Positions 46,756-55,596 of a DNA stretch of 64,000 nt are shown here, in pieces (positions within the stretch are counted from its first letter, which is position 1; each line of letters begins with the position of its first letter). Below the pieces are notes generated by a model, which saw only the letters and a program-made list of their open reading frames with translations, was not told where the DNA came from and made no database searches. The DNA is from an uncultured Planctomycetota bacterium (lineage in GTDB: Bacteria; Planctomycetota; Planctomycetia; Gemmatales; Gemmataceae), in contig CAWKHF010000010.1 in NCBI GenBank assembly GCA_963849325.1, positions 256,001 to 320,000 on the forward strand. The letters run 5' to 3'. Both the position numbers and the translations under genes were made by a program.

Positions 46756-49503
46756 ATGAGCCACATGCTACTGAGTGTCCCGAGTCCACTGCTGTCCTCC
46801 GCAACGAGCGGATCGCCGGCGCCGGCCCCCTCCGCGGAACGAGAGCCGCGCCGTCAGGGGCAGACCGAGGGACATCCATACGCGCGCTGCGTCAACCCCT
46901 ACCTGGCCGACCTGCTGAATAAGCTGTGGCTGGACAAGCGGTTCGTGAGCGGCGAGGGCTGTGAGCTAATCGACGACACGGGCCGGCGCTACCTCGACGC
47001 CGTGGCAGCCTACGGGGCACTGCCCTTCGGCTTCAATCCTCCCGAGATCTGGCGCAGCTTGCTGGAGGTGCAGCGGAGCGGCGAGCCGAGCTTCGTGCAG
47101 CCCTCGTTGCTGGATGCGGCCGGCGAGCTGGCCGAACGCTTGCTGGCCGTGGCGCCGGCGAACCTCCGCTACGTGACGTTCGCCAACAGCGGCGCCGAAG
47201 CGGTCGAGGCCGCCGTCAAGATGTGCCGGGTCGCCACCGGGCGGCTGGGCATCCTGGCCACGAATGGCAGCTTCCACGGCAAGACCCTGGGGGCGCTGTC
47301 CGCGACCGGCAACGCCCATTACCAGGACGGCTTCGGCGCTCCGGCCGGCGATTTCCGCCACATCCCCTTCGGCGATGCGGCCGCGCTGCGCCGCGAGCTG
47401 GAGGCCCATCCGGGCTACTATGCCGCCTTCCTGGTCGAACCGATCCAGGGCGAGGGCGGCGTGATCGTGCCGCCGCCGGGCTATCTCGTCGAGGTGCGCG
47501 ACATCTGCACCCGCGCGGGCGTTCTCCTGGTGCTGGACGAGATTCAGACCGGGCTGGGACGAACCGGCGCCCTGTTCGCCTGCGAGGCCGAGGACGTTCA
47601 GCCGGATGTCCTGACGCTCGCCAAGGCCCTGGGCGGCGGACTGCTCCCGATCGGGGCCGTCCTCAGCAGCGAAAAAGCCTACTCCGAGACGTTCGCCCTC
47701 AAGCATTCCTCGACGTTCGCGGCCAACGCCCTGGCCTGCCGAGCCGGGCTGGCCGCCCTCGACCTGCTGACGCGCGACGACGGCGCCCTGGTGCGGCGCG
47801 TGGCTCGCAACGGCGCCCGTCTCCAGGAAGGCTTGCTGGCCTTGCAACGGCGCTTTCCGCAGTTGATCGCCGAGGTGCGCGGCCGGGGCTTCTTGCTCGG
47901 CCTCCGCTTCACCACCGATCGTGCTCTCTGGCCGGAGGGTCTGCTGGGCGTGGCGCTCGAACAGGAGTTCTTTACGCCCGTGTTCGCCAGCTACATGCTC
48001 AACGTGGAAGCGGTTCGCGTCGCCCCGACCCTCAACGGCAAGGCGGTCCTCCGCATCGAACCGGCGTTGACGATGTCCTGGCCGCAGTGCCAGCGGTTGC
48101 TGTCCGCGCTGGAGCGGGCGCTGACCGTGTTCGCGGCCGGAGACACGGGGCGGATTCTGGCATCGATCCTGGAAGGTCGGCCCTGCCCGCCGGCGCGGTC
48201 GATGCCGCTGCCGAAGCCGTGGCTTGAGGTCAAGCTCCGTCCAGCCGAACGCCGCTTCGCCTTCCTGATGCACCCCCTCGACTATGCCAACGCCGTCGAT
48301 TTCGATCCGTCGCTGGCCTACCTCGATGCGTCCTCTCTGGAGACGGTGGTGCGCAAGGTCGCTTCGTTCGTGGAGCCGTTCGTGGTCAGCCACGGGCGTG
48401 TGGTGTCGGCGACCGGCGAGACGATCTACGGCGAGTTCATCACCCTGCCGCGCACCGCCGAGGAGCTGACGCGGATGCGTCGCAAGGAGGCGATCGAGTA
48501 CGTCCGAGGGGCGCTGCACCTGGCGCGAGACCGCGGCGCTCAGCTCGTCGGGCTGGGGGCGTTCACCTCCGTGGTGACGCTCGGCGGCCGAGCGGTGGCG
48601 GAAGAGGGAGTGCCGATCACCACCGGCAATTCGTACACGTCGGTCGCGTCCGCCGAGGCCATCCGCAAGGCCCTGGCGCTGGTGGGTCGCGGGGAGAAGA
48701 CGCCTCCTACAGCGGCCATCATCGGAGCGACCGGCGCCATCGGCCGTACCCTGGCCCTGCTGCTCGCCGAGGACGTGGGCCGGCTCATTTTGGTGGGCAA
48801 CCCGGACTCCTCCGCCAAGTACGTCCGCGAGCGCTTGCTGGCGACGGCCGGCGATGTCGTCCGCTTTGTCAGCGCCCGGCACGCCGAGGGTTCGACCTTC
48901 CGGCCGGGCACCTTCGCCGCCCAGTTGCTCGCTCATCTGCCCGGTGGCGTGGTCGAGCAAGCCGCGATCGACGAGGTCGTCAGCCGGCTGGAACAGACCG
49001 GCTGGTTGGCGATCACGCAGGAGACGGCCGCCGCCGTGCGCCAGGCTCGGGTGGTGGTCACGGCGACCAGCGCCACCGGCACCGTCGTGCGGCCGGAAGA
49101 CCTGCGCCGGCGGGCGGTGGTTTGCGATGTCTCGCGGCCGGCCAACGTCGGCCAGGAGATCCTCGAAACGCGGCCCGACGTGCTGGTGATCGACGGCGGC
49201 GTCATCGCGGCGCCCGCCGGATCGGCCCTCAGCCAATTCGGACTGGGCGACGGCCTGATCTACGGCTGCATGGCGGAAACGATGATGCTCACCCTGGCCG
49301 GGCACCTGCGCAACACCAGCCTCGGCACCGACCTGACGCCCGAGACGCTGCACCTGTTGCGGACGCTGGCCGACAAGCATGGCTTCCACGTCGCCAAGCT
49401 ACGCAGCTTCGGCCGGCCGCTGGAAGAAGCCGACTTTCACCGCTTCCGCTCGGCGGAGGCTTCCAACAGGAGTGACAACCGTCTGTCACGAGCGGCATCC
49501 TAA
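46756..49503 (+). CDS. Class III PLP aminotransferase fused to a C-terminal acyl-ACP-reductase-like NAD(P)-binding domain
   Basis: N: NSGAEAVE, SFHGKT, EPIQGEGG, DEIQTGLGRTG, TLAKALGGG. C: FAFLMHP, GLGAFTS, TTGNSYT, GATGAIG, DVSRP, YGCMAE. Confidence 0.9.
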   Translation: MSHMLLSVPSPLLSSATSGSPAPAPSAEREPRRQGQTEGHPYARCVNPYLADLLNKLWLDKRFVSGEGCELIDDTGRRYLDAVAAYGALPFGFNPPEIWRSLLEVQRSGEPSFVQPSLLDAAGELAERLLAVAPANLRYVTFANSGAEAVEAAVKMCRVATGRLGILATNGSFHGKTLGALSATGNAHYQDGFGAPAGDFRHIPFGDAAALRRELEAHPGYYAAFLVEPIQGEGGVIVPPPGYLVEVRDICTRAGVLLVLDEIQTGLGRTGALFACEAEDVQPDVLTLAKALGGGLLPIGAVLSSEKAYSETFALKHSSTFAANALACRAGLAALDLLTRDDGALVRRVARNGARLQEGLLALQRRFPQLIAEVRGRGFLLGLRFTTDRALWPEGLLGVALEQEFFTPVFASYMLNVEAVRVAPTLNGKAVLRIEPALTMSWPQCQRLLSALERALTVFAAGDTGRILASILEGRPCPPARSMPLPKPWLEVKLRPAERRFAFLMHPLDYANAVDFDPSLAYLDASSLETVVRKVASFVEPFVVSHGRVVSATGETIYGEFITLPRTAEELTRMRRKEAIEYVRGALHLARDRGAQLVGLGAFTSVVTLGGRAVAEEGVPITTGNSYTSVASAEAIRKALALVGRGEKTPPTAAIIGATGAIGRTLALLLAEDVGRLILVGNPDSSAKYVRERLLATAGDVVRFVSARHAEGSTFRPGTFAAQLLAHLPGGVVEQAAIDEVVSRLEQTGWLAITQETAAAVRQARVVVTATSATGTVVRPEDLRRRAVVCDVSRPANVGQEILETRPDVLVIDGGVIAAPAGSALSQFGLGDGLIYGCMAETMMLTLAGHLRNTSLGTDLTPETLHLLRTLADKHGFHVAKLRSFGRPLEEADFHRFRSAEASNRSDNRLSRAAS

Positions 49504-49561
49504 TTGGTCGGATGTCGTGTCCTGGTCCCTGAATCCACTCGTAATTCCAAGGAGATAGTCA

Positions 49562-50755
49562 ATGACTCTGTCTTACCAGCTCTACGAAACGATCAATCAG
49601 ATCCCCCTGGACGACTGGCGCGAGGCATCCCAGGAGGATTCGCACGGCTTCATGGACCCGAACTTCTTGCTTGCCCTGGAGAAGGGATTGGAGGGCCAGG
49701 CGCGAATCTTTCACGTCCTGATCCGCGCGGAGGACGGCCGGCCCGCCGCCTGCGCCAGCCTGTCGCTCCTGCCGCTCGATCTTTTGCTGCTGGCGGGGCC
49801 GCGCCTTCAGAAGGCGTTCGGCTGGGTCCGCAAGCTGGCCCCCAACCTGGGGAAAGTAAACGTCCTCCTGTGTGGCCTGCCCTTTTCGGCGGGGCAGAGC
49901 CACCTGGCGTTCGCGCCGGGCGCCAACCGGGCACGGGCGGTGCTGCTGCTGGACACCCTGCTGCGGCAACTGGCCCGGAGCCACCGCGCTCGGCTGATCG
50001 TCTTCAAGGAATTCGGCGACGATGCCCGCGCGTACCTGGACCCGTTGCTCGAGCACGGCTATTGCCGTGCCGCCAGCCCCGCGTCGTACGTGATGCCGAA
50101 ATCGTTCGCCAGCCTGGCCGACTACTGTGCCGCCCTCAAGCGGCACTACCGTTACAACATCCGCAGTTCCCAGCAGAAGTTCGAGCGGGCCGGCTGCCGG
50201 GCCGTCCACCTGGAGGATCCCGACGAGATCCGCCGCGTGTACACGCCAGAAGTGCATCAGCTCTATGAAGCGGTCGTCGGCAAGTCCGACCTCAAGCTCG
50301 AAGTTCTGCCGCATGCTTTCTTTCACGAGTTGGTGAATCGGCTTCCAGGCCAGGTCGCGTTGACGGTGGTCTATCGCCAGGAGCGCGCGATCGCTATCGC
50401 CTGGGGCCTCTCGGCCGATCCCGAGTATCACGGCCTGTTTTGCGGGATCGACTACGAACACAACGCCGAGTGCGATCTCTATTTCAACGTCGTGTACCAG
50501 CATCTCGACTACGCTTTCCGGCGCGGCAGCCGGCTCATCACCCTGGGCCAGACCGCGGAAAGCTTCAAGACCCGCCTCGGCTGCGTGGGCAAGGCACGCC
50601 ACGTCTATGCTCGCGGGGCAGGCCCGCTCCTGTCCCGGGTGTTGCGGCGCAGCGCCGGCTTCCTCTTCCCCGATCGACCGATCGCGCCCGCGCACGACGT
50701 GTTCAAGGCGATCGAGCCGGCCCGTCCGCGCAAGCAGGCGCTGCCCGTCAGTTGA
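49562..50755 (+). CDS. Large GNAT-fold acyltransferase (FemAB / BioF2-like acetyltransferase type)
   Basis: 397 aa; IVFKEF, SFASLADYCAALKRHYRYNIR, GIDY, LYFN, LGQTAESFKTRLG; AAGGAG RBS. Confidence 0.82.
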   Translation: MTLSYQLYETINQIPLDDWREASQEDSHGFMDPNFLLALEKGLEGQARIFHVLIRAEDGRPAACASLSLLPLDLLLLAGPRLQKAFGWVRKLAPNLGKVNVLLCGLPFSAGQSHLAFAPGANRARAVLLLDTLLRQLARSHRARLIVFKEFGDDARAYLDPLLEHGYCRAASPASYVMPKSFASLADYCAALKRHYRYNIRSSQQKFERAGCRAVHLEDPDEIRRVYTPEVHQLYEAVVGKSDLKLEVLPHAFFHELVNRLPGQVALTVVYRQERAIAIAWGLSADPEYHGLFCGIDYEHNAECDLYFNVVYQHLDYAFRRGSRLITLGQTAESFKTRLGCVGKARHVYARGAGPLLSRVLRRSAGFLFPDRPIAPAHDVFKAIEPARPRKQALPVS

Positions 50756-50844
50756 TTTCGTTCGATTCGAGACGGTGAGTCGGAATACGAGCTATCCCCG
50801 AGCGTGTAGGTAAAGCCCCCCGGAGAAGGAAGCGAGTTGGACCT

Positions 50845-51963
50845 ATGGGTTATGCACTGACAATCCTGTGGCACGATCGACAGCGCTATCTGCCCGCCAT
50901 GCTGGCGGTGACGTTCAGCGCCCTGCTAGTGGCCCTGCAATTCGGCCTGCTCCTGGGGACGTTCTCGATGGTGTCGATCCCCATCGACCATACCAGCGCC
51001 GACGTCTGGGTGGGCCAACCCCAGGTCAGCAGCGTTGACATGAGCCTGTCCGTGCCCGAGCGCTGGCGCGACCGGATGGAAGGTCTGCCCGAGATCGTCC
51101 AGACGGAGCCTTACATCCAGTCGTTTATGAGCTGGTCCAAACCGCGCGGCGGCACGGAACACATCATCGTCATCGGCTCGCGGCTGCACGACGGCGCCCT
51201 CGGAGCGGTGACGGAGTTGACGCCGCAGCTGCGCCGGAAGCTGGTCGAACCGGGCGCGGTGGTGGTGGACCAGGCGGAATTCGGACGCCTGGGTTTGACC
51301 AAGGGGATTGGCGAAAGTGCCGAGGTCAATGGCCTGCGGGTACGGGTCGTCGGCGTGGTGCGCGGTCTCAAGGGGCTGGGAGGACCATACATCTTCTGTT
51401 CGCTGGAGACGGCCCGCCGTCTGGTGCGGATGGCGCCGGACGAGGTGACGTACCTGCTGGCCCGTTGTCGCAATCCGCAAGACGCCGGGCGGGTCGTGGC
51501 GCGGTTGCGCCGCTATCCGAACATGTCGGCGTTCACCAGCGCCGAATTCTCGTTCCGCTCGCGCTGGCACTGGCTGGTGATGAGCGGCGGCGGCATCGCG
51601 CTGGGCTGTGCCGCCCTGCTGGGCCTGCTGGTCGGGGCGGTGGTCACCAGCCAGACGCTGTACGCGGCGACGGCCGCCTCGTTCCGCGAATTCGCGGTGC
51701 TGCGAGCGCTGGGCGTGCCGCAGAGGCGCCTGGCCGGTACCATCCTGGCGCAGGCCTGCTGGCTGGGGGTCGCCGGCGTCCTGCTGGCCCTGCCGGTCGT
51801 CTACGCCCTCTCCAGCGTCGCCGGCTGCCTGGGCGCTCGCGTGTTCTTGCCGCCATGGGTGCTGGGTTCGTCCGCCGGTCTCACTCTGATTACGGCCCTG
51901 ATCGCCGGCCTAGCCGCTCTGCGCTCGCTACGCCACCTGCAACTGGCGACGCTATTGCGGTGA
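50845..51963 (+). CDS. ABC exporter permease, DevC/FtsX family (copy 2)
   Basis: RQRYLPAMLAVTFSA, VVTSQTLY, REFAVLRALG; paralog of 43411..44592. Confidence 0.9.
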   Translation: MGYALTILWHDRQRYLPAMLAVTFSALLVALQFGLLLGTFSMVSIPIDHTSADVWVGQPQVSSVDMSLSVPERWRDRMEGLPEIVQTEPYIQSFMSWSKPRGGTEHIIVIGSRLHDGALGAVTELTPQLRRKLVEPGAVVVDQAEFGRLGLTKGIGESAEVNGLRVRVVGVVRGLKGLGGPYIFCSLETARRLVRMAPDEVTYLLARCRNPQDAGRVVARLRRYPNMSAFTSAEFSFRSRWHWLVMSGGGIALGCAALLGLLVGAVVTSQTLYAATAASFREFAVLRALGVPQRRLAGTILAQACWLGVAGVLLALPVVYALSSVAGCLGARVFLPPWVLGSSAGLTLITALIAGLAALRSLRHLQLATLLR

Positions 51964-52034
51964 AAGTCGTCACATTCTGATCTCCGCCAAGAATGAGATG
52001 ATGAATAGGGCCATTAAGAGGCACTAACCAAATA

Positions 52035-52100
52035 GGCGAGCGGGGGGCGTAAGCCCCCTGTTGACGGCGAAAAACAGGGGGCTTACGCCCCCCGCTCGCC
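52035..52100. repeat. REP-like perfect palindrome (GGCGAGCGGGGGGCGTAAGCCCCCTGTT)
   Basis: 28-bp arms 52035-52062 and 52073-52100, 10-nt loop. Confidence 0.92.
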
Positions 52101-52131
52101 AAAAAGTTACAGCTTCTAAGGAGATAGTGAG

Positions 52132-52874
52132 ATGTTTCCGGAAAAGCCAACTCTGAGAGCTTGCAACCTGGTCCGCACGTTCGAGCAGAACGACATCGTA
52201 ACGACCGTCTTGCGGGACGTGTCGATGGCGCTGCATCGCGGCGAGCTGTCCCTGCTCATGGGGCCTTCGGGCAGCGGCAAATCGACGTTGCTCGCCGTGC
52301 TCTCCGGGTTGCTCCGTCCGACGGCCGGGCAAGTGCTGGCCCTGGGACAGGATTACTGGAGTCGAAGCGCCATCGAGCAGGAGCGATTCCGGCAGGGGCA
52401 TTTCAGCTACATCTTCCAGGGTTACAATCTGCTGCCGGCCTTGACGGCGCGGCAGCAACTGGAGCTGGTGTTGCGCTGGGCGGAGGGAACGACCGTGCGC
52501 GCGAGGCTCGGCGGCGAACCGAGCGGATGCTGGGGATGCTGGGGCTTAGTGGCAAGGCGCATCTGCGGCCGGCCCAGCTCTCCGGCGGCGAAAAACAGCG
52601 GGTGGCCATCGGCCGTGCCCTGGTCATGGAACCGGATTTCTGCTTCGCGGACGAGCCAACCAGCGCCCTGGACTGGACGCATGGCGAGGAAGTCATTCGG
52701 CTGCTGCAAGAAGCCGCCCGCCAGCGCGGCACCACCGTCCTGGTGGTCAGCCATGACGCACGCCTCCTGCCATATGCGGATCGGTCGTTCCACCTGGAAG
52801 ACGGTCGCTTGCACGAGGAGCGTGTGCTCCAGACAACGAGTGCGGAAGAAGAACTGGTTGCGGCGAGCATCTGA
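52132..52874 (+). CDS. ABC exporter ATP-binding protein, DevA family (copy 2); frameshift near 52495
   Basis: GPSGSGKS in the 52132 frame; LSGGEKQR, FADEPTSALD, VSHD in the 52161 frame; TAAGGAG RBS. Confidence 0.9.
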
Positions 52875-52904
52875 ACGGGGTGAGAAATCCCCCTGGAGGT
52901 CCTC

Positions 52905-53963
52905 ATGGCGAAAACAAGGCGATTGGGCTGGGTGCGTTGGCTGCTGGGCGGGATCGTGTTCACGGCCGGCATGGCCGGCGCGGGAGCGAACTTCCCGAAG
53001 TCCAGCGCCGTCAGCGCGCCGGCGGACGCGAGTCCTGTCGCGGAGCCGGTGGCTTGCTCCGGCCACGTGGATGTCAAGCACGGAGTCGTCTCGCTCTCGC
53101 CGAGTCCGTCCGGCCGAGTGGCCGAGGTGCTGGCCGAGGAGAACGAAACCGTCAAGGCCGGCGCCTTGTTGCTGCGCCTGGATGATACCGTGGCCCGGCT
53201 GCGCATCCAAGAAGTCGAGGCGGACCTGGCGGCGTCTCGACTTCAGCTGGCCCAGGCCCGCAAACGGCCTGAGCAACACCAGGCCCGGCTCGCCCAGGTG
53301 CAGGCCGGCATCGAGGCGGCGCAGAACCGCCTGGCCGCGGCCCGGCACGAACGCGATCGGAAGACAGACTTGCTCGCCAAGGACTTGCTCCCGGAGGCGG
53401 AACTCAACATCGCCGGCGATCAGGTGAAGGAGGCGGAAGCGCTGCTGCGGGCGGAAAGGGAGAAACAGGCCGAGCTGCAGCTGCACGATCCCGCCGCCGA
53501 CATCCGCCGGGCGGAGGTGAACGTCCGGGCCAGCGAGGCCCGGCTGCAACAGGCCCAGGAAGCTCTCAAGGAATGTAGTCTGCGGGCGCCCTCCGACGGC
53601 AAGGTACTCCGCGTCCTCGTGGGGCCGGGCGAGATGCTCGGGGCACAAGCGAAGCAGCCCGCGCTGCTCTTCTGCCCGGACGGGGCGCGCTTCATCCGGG
53701 CCGAGGTGGAACAGGAGTTCGCCCACCGGGTCCGGGTCGGCGATCCGGCGACCATCCGCGATGAAAGTGATGACCCGTGCGTCTGGCGGGGTCGTGTGAG
53801 CCTGATGTCCGACTGGTTCACGCAACGACGCTCGGTCCTGCAAGAGCCGCTCCAACTGAATGATGTCCGTACCCTGGAATGCCGGATCATCCTGGAGCCG
53901 GGTCAACCGCCGTTGCGGATTGGCCAGCGCGTCCGGGTGCTGATCGGCACGAACCCTTCCTGA
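52905..53963 (+). CDS. HlyD/DevB-family membrane fusion protein (copy 2)
   Basis: TM anchor, SGRVAEVLAEENETVKAG, coiled coil, LRAPSDGKV, LRIGQRV; GGAGG RBS. Confidence 0.92.
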   Translation: MAKTRRLGWVRWLLGGIVFTAGMAGAGANFPKSSAVSAPADASPVAEPVACSGHVDVKHGVVSLSPSPSGRVAEVLAEENETVKAGALLLRLDDTVARLRIQEVEADLAASRLQLAQARKRPEQHQARLAQVQAGIEAAQNRLAAARHERDRKTDLLAKDLLPEAELNIAGDQVKEAEALLRAEREKQAELQLHDPAADIRRAEVNVRASEARLQQAQEALKECSLRAPSDGKVLRVLVGPGEMLGAQAKQPALLFCPDGARFIRAEVEQEFAHRVRVGDPATIRDESDDPCVWRGRVSLMSDWFTQRRSVLQEPLQLNDVRTLECRIILEPGQPPLRIGQRVRVLIGTNPS

Positions 53964-53988
53964 CAAGGATTGGCAAAGCGAGGACCGA

Positions 53989-54832
53989 ATGATTTCGCCT
54001 TCTTACTACAACTGGCGGACCGAAGAGCGGCCCGCGCCCTGGTCTGGATCGTGCTGCCGAGCGAACCTCTCCTGCCAAGAGCGGCATCGGGGTCCGCGTC
54101 TTCCTCGATGTCCCCTACCGGGTTAACGCGGGAGAGCGGCACAAGCTGGATTTGTACCTGCCCAACCAGCGGGAGTTTCCGGTAGTCGTCTTCGCACACG
54201 GCGGAGCCTGGGTTTCGGGCGACAAGGCACTGCACGGCCACCTGGGTTGTTTCCTGGCGAAGCACGGCATCGGCGCCGTGCTGGTGAATTACCGGCTGGC
54301 GCCGCAGGTGCGTCATCCCGTCCCGACGCAGGATCTGGGCCGGGCCTTCGCCTGGACGCACCGCCACATCCGCCGCCTACGGCGGCGATGCCGATCGGCT
54401 CTACCTGTGCGGCCACTCCGCGGGCGGACACAGCGCCGCGCTCTTGGGAACGGATGAATCGTTCCTGGCCGACGAGGGACTTGGCTTCGAGCACGTCCAG
54501 GGCGTGATCGCCATTAGCGGCGTTTACAAGATCCACTGGAACGTCACCCTGGCCCGTCTAGGCTTCGTCTTCCGCAACAGCGATAAGACGGCCGCCTCGC
54601 CGCTCTGGAACATCCAGGCGGGGTGTCCGCCCTTCCTGGTCCTGCCGCCGGCAAGGAGCTTTGGACGCTCTCCAGCCAGGCGTTCGCGTTTCACAAGACG
54701 CTTCTGCGGCACAAGTGCCGGTCGCGCTTGCTGGTGGCCCATGGGGAGGATCACAGCTCGATCATCCAGACCGTCTCTTCGCCCTCGGCCAGCCACGGAG
54801 AGGCGATGGTGAAGTTTATCCGGGGAGGATGA
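53989..54832 (+). CDS. Alpha/beta hydrolase (HSL / BD-FAE-like); at least 3 frameshifts
   Basis: KLDLYLP, FAHGGAW, VNYRLAP, CGHSAGGH (nucleophile Ser), AISGVY, ASP, GEDH, spread across frames. Confidence 0.75.
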
Positions 54833-54879
54833 ACGCGGTCGGTTTGGGCACTGCTATGTAACCACGTCTTGCAGCACCT

Positions 54880-55360
54880 TTCCTTGTCGAGAAGGCTTGT
54901 CCCTCCTCATTCATGATGCCGATGATCGTGTCGCATTTATCCGATAGGGGGACTTTGCCCATAAACCAGATTCAATTAGAGGTTTATGGGCAAAGCGGTG
55001 CGGTAGATGGAGGAGGGAATTGGAGAGAGAAACGAGAAGTGCGGCTGGCGGAAAATCAGCAAGGGGGTCAAATGGTCTCAACGGCTCAGGCTTTTGGGCG
55101 ATAGGCGAGGGCGAAGCGGGCAATGGGCAATTCAGGCGATGGGCGACGGGCGATTGCTGAGCCTTGGAGACCTTTTGACCCTCCTGTTTGCCGATGCCCC
55201 TCTGGACGCGAGGCTCTCTTCTCGTTCCGACGAGGGGCGAGAGACGGCGTGGACGACCGCCGTACAAAGCACCCCGGGCGAGTCTCGGGTGCGAACCAGC
55301 CAAGAAAAGGGCTGGCTTCTTAACTCGATGTCACGCTTTCGCGTGTCTCGCTTCGTGCCA
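54880..55360. ncRNA. Candidate structured non-coding RNA (unassigned family; strand uncertain)
   Basis: No credible ORF. Perfect 15-bp IR 54953-54995; 25-bp IR 55065-55181 enclosing 8 RGGCRA motifs; five short hairpins 55221-55345; adjacent sigma54-like promoter. Confidence 0.4.
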
Positions 55361-55369
55361 ATCTATGAT

Positions 55370-55386
55370 AGCATTTGGAGTGCCAA
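55370..55386 (-). promoter_or_regulatory. sigma54 (-24/-12)-like promoter
   Basis: Minus strand TTGGCACTCCAAATGCT = GG-N10-GC with TGGCAC. Palindrome AACTGTCG-N7-CGACAGTT at 55500-55522 lies at an enhancer-like distance. Confidence 0.5.
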
Positions 55387-55531
55387 AACGTCTCTTTTCC
55401 GGATCTTTTCTGCAAAGTCAATGAAAAAGAGCACTTGAGGCGAGAGGCCCATTTCGACGACAAACGGAAGGGTCGGAAAAAGCGCCGGATTTTTCGTACA
55501 ACTGTCGTATTATCCGACAGTTCGCAGAGCC

Positions 55532-55590
55532 TCCGAGCCTGAAGCGTAAGTGAAGGAAGACCAAAACTTCGCTTACGCTTCAGGCTCGGA
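55532..55590. repeat. REP-like palindrome (CCGAGCCTGAAGCGTAAG family)
   Basis: 24-bp arms 55532-55555 and 55567-55590, one mismatch; just downstream of the DUF3500 stop. Same family as 6220-6273. Confidence 0.88.
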
Positions 55591-55596
55591 TGAAAC

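Noticed and set aside
46756-48150. argD/rocD acetylornithine or ornithine aminotransferase
   Set aside because: It is fused to a reductase-like domain and flanked by exporters, with no arg genes nearby.
54911-55438. ORFs 54911..55303 (-) and 55007..55438 (+) as proteins
   Set aside because: No RBS or motifs and atypical composition; the region is better explained by its inverted-repeat structure.
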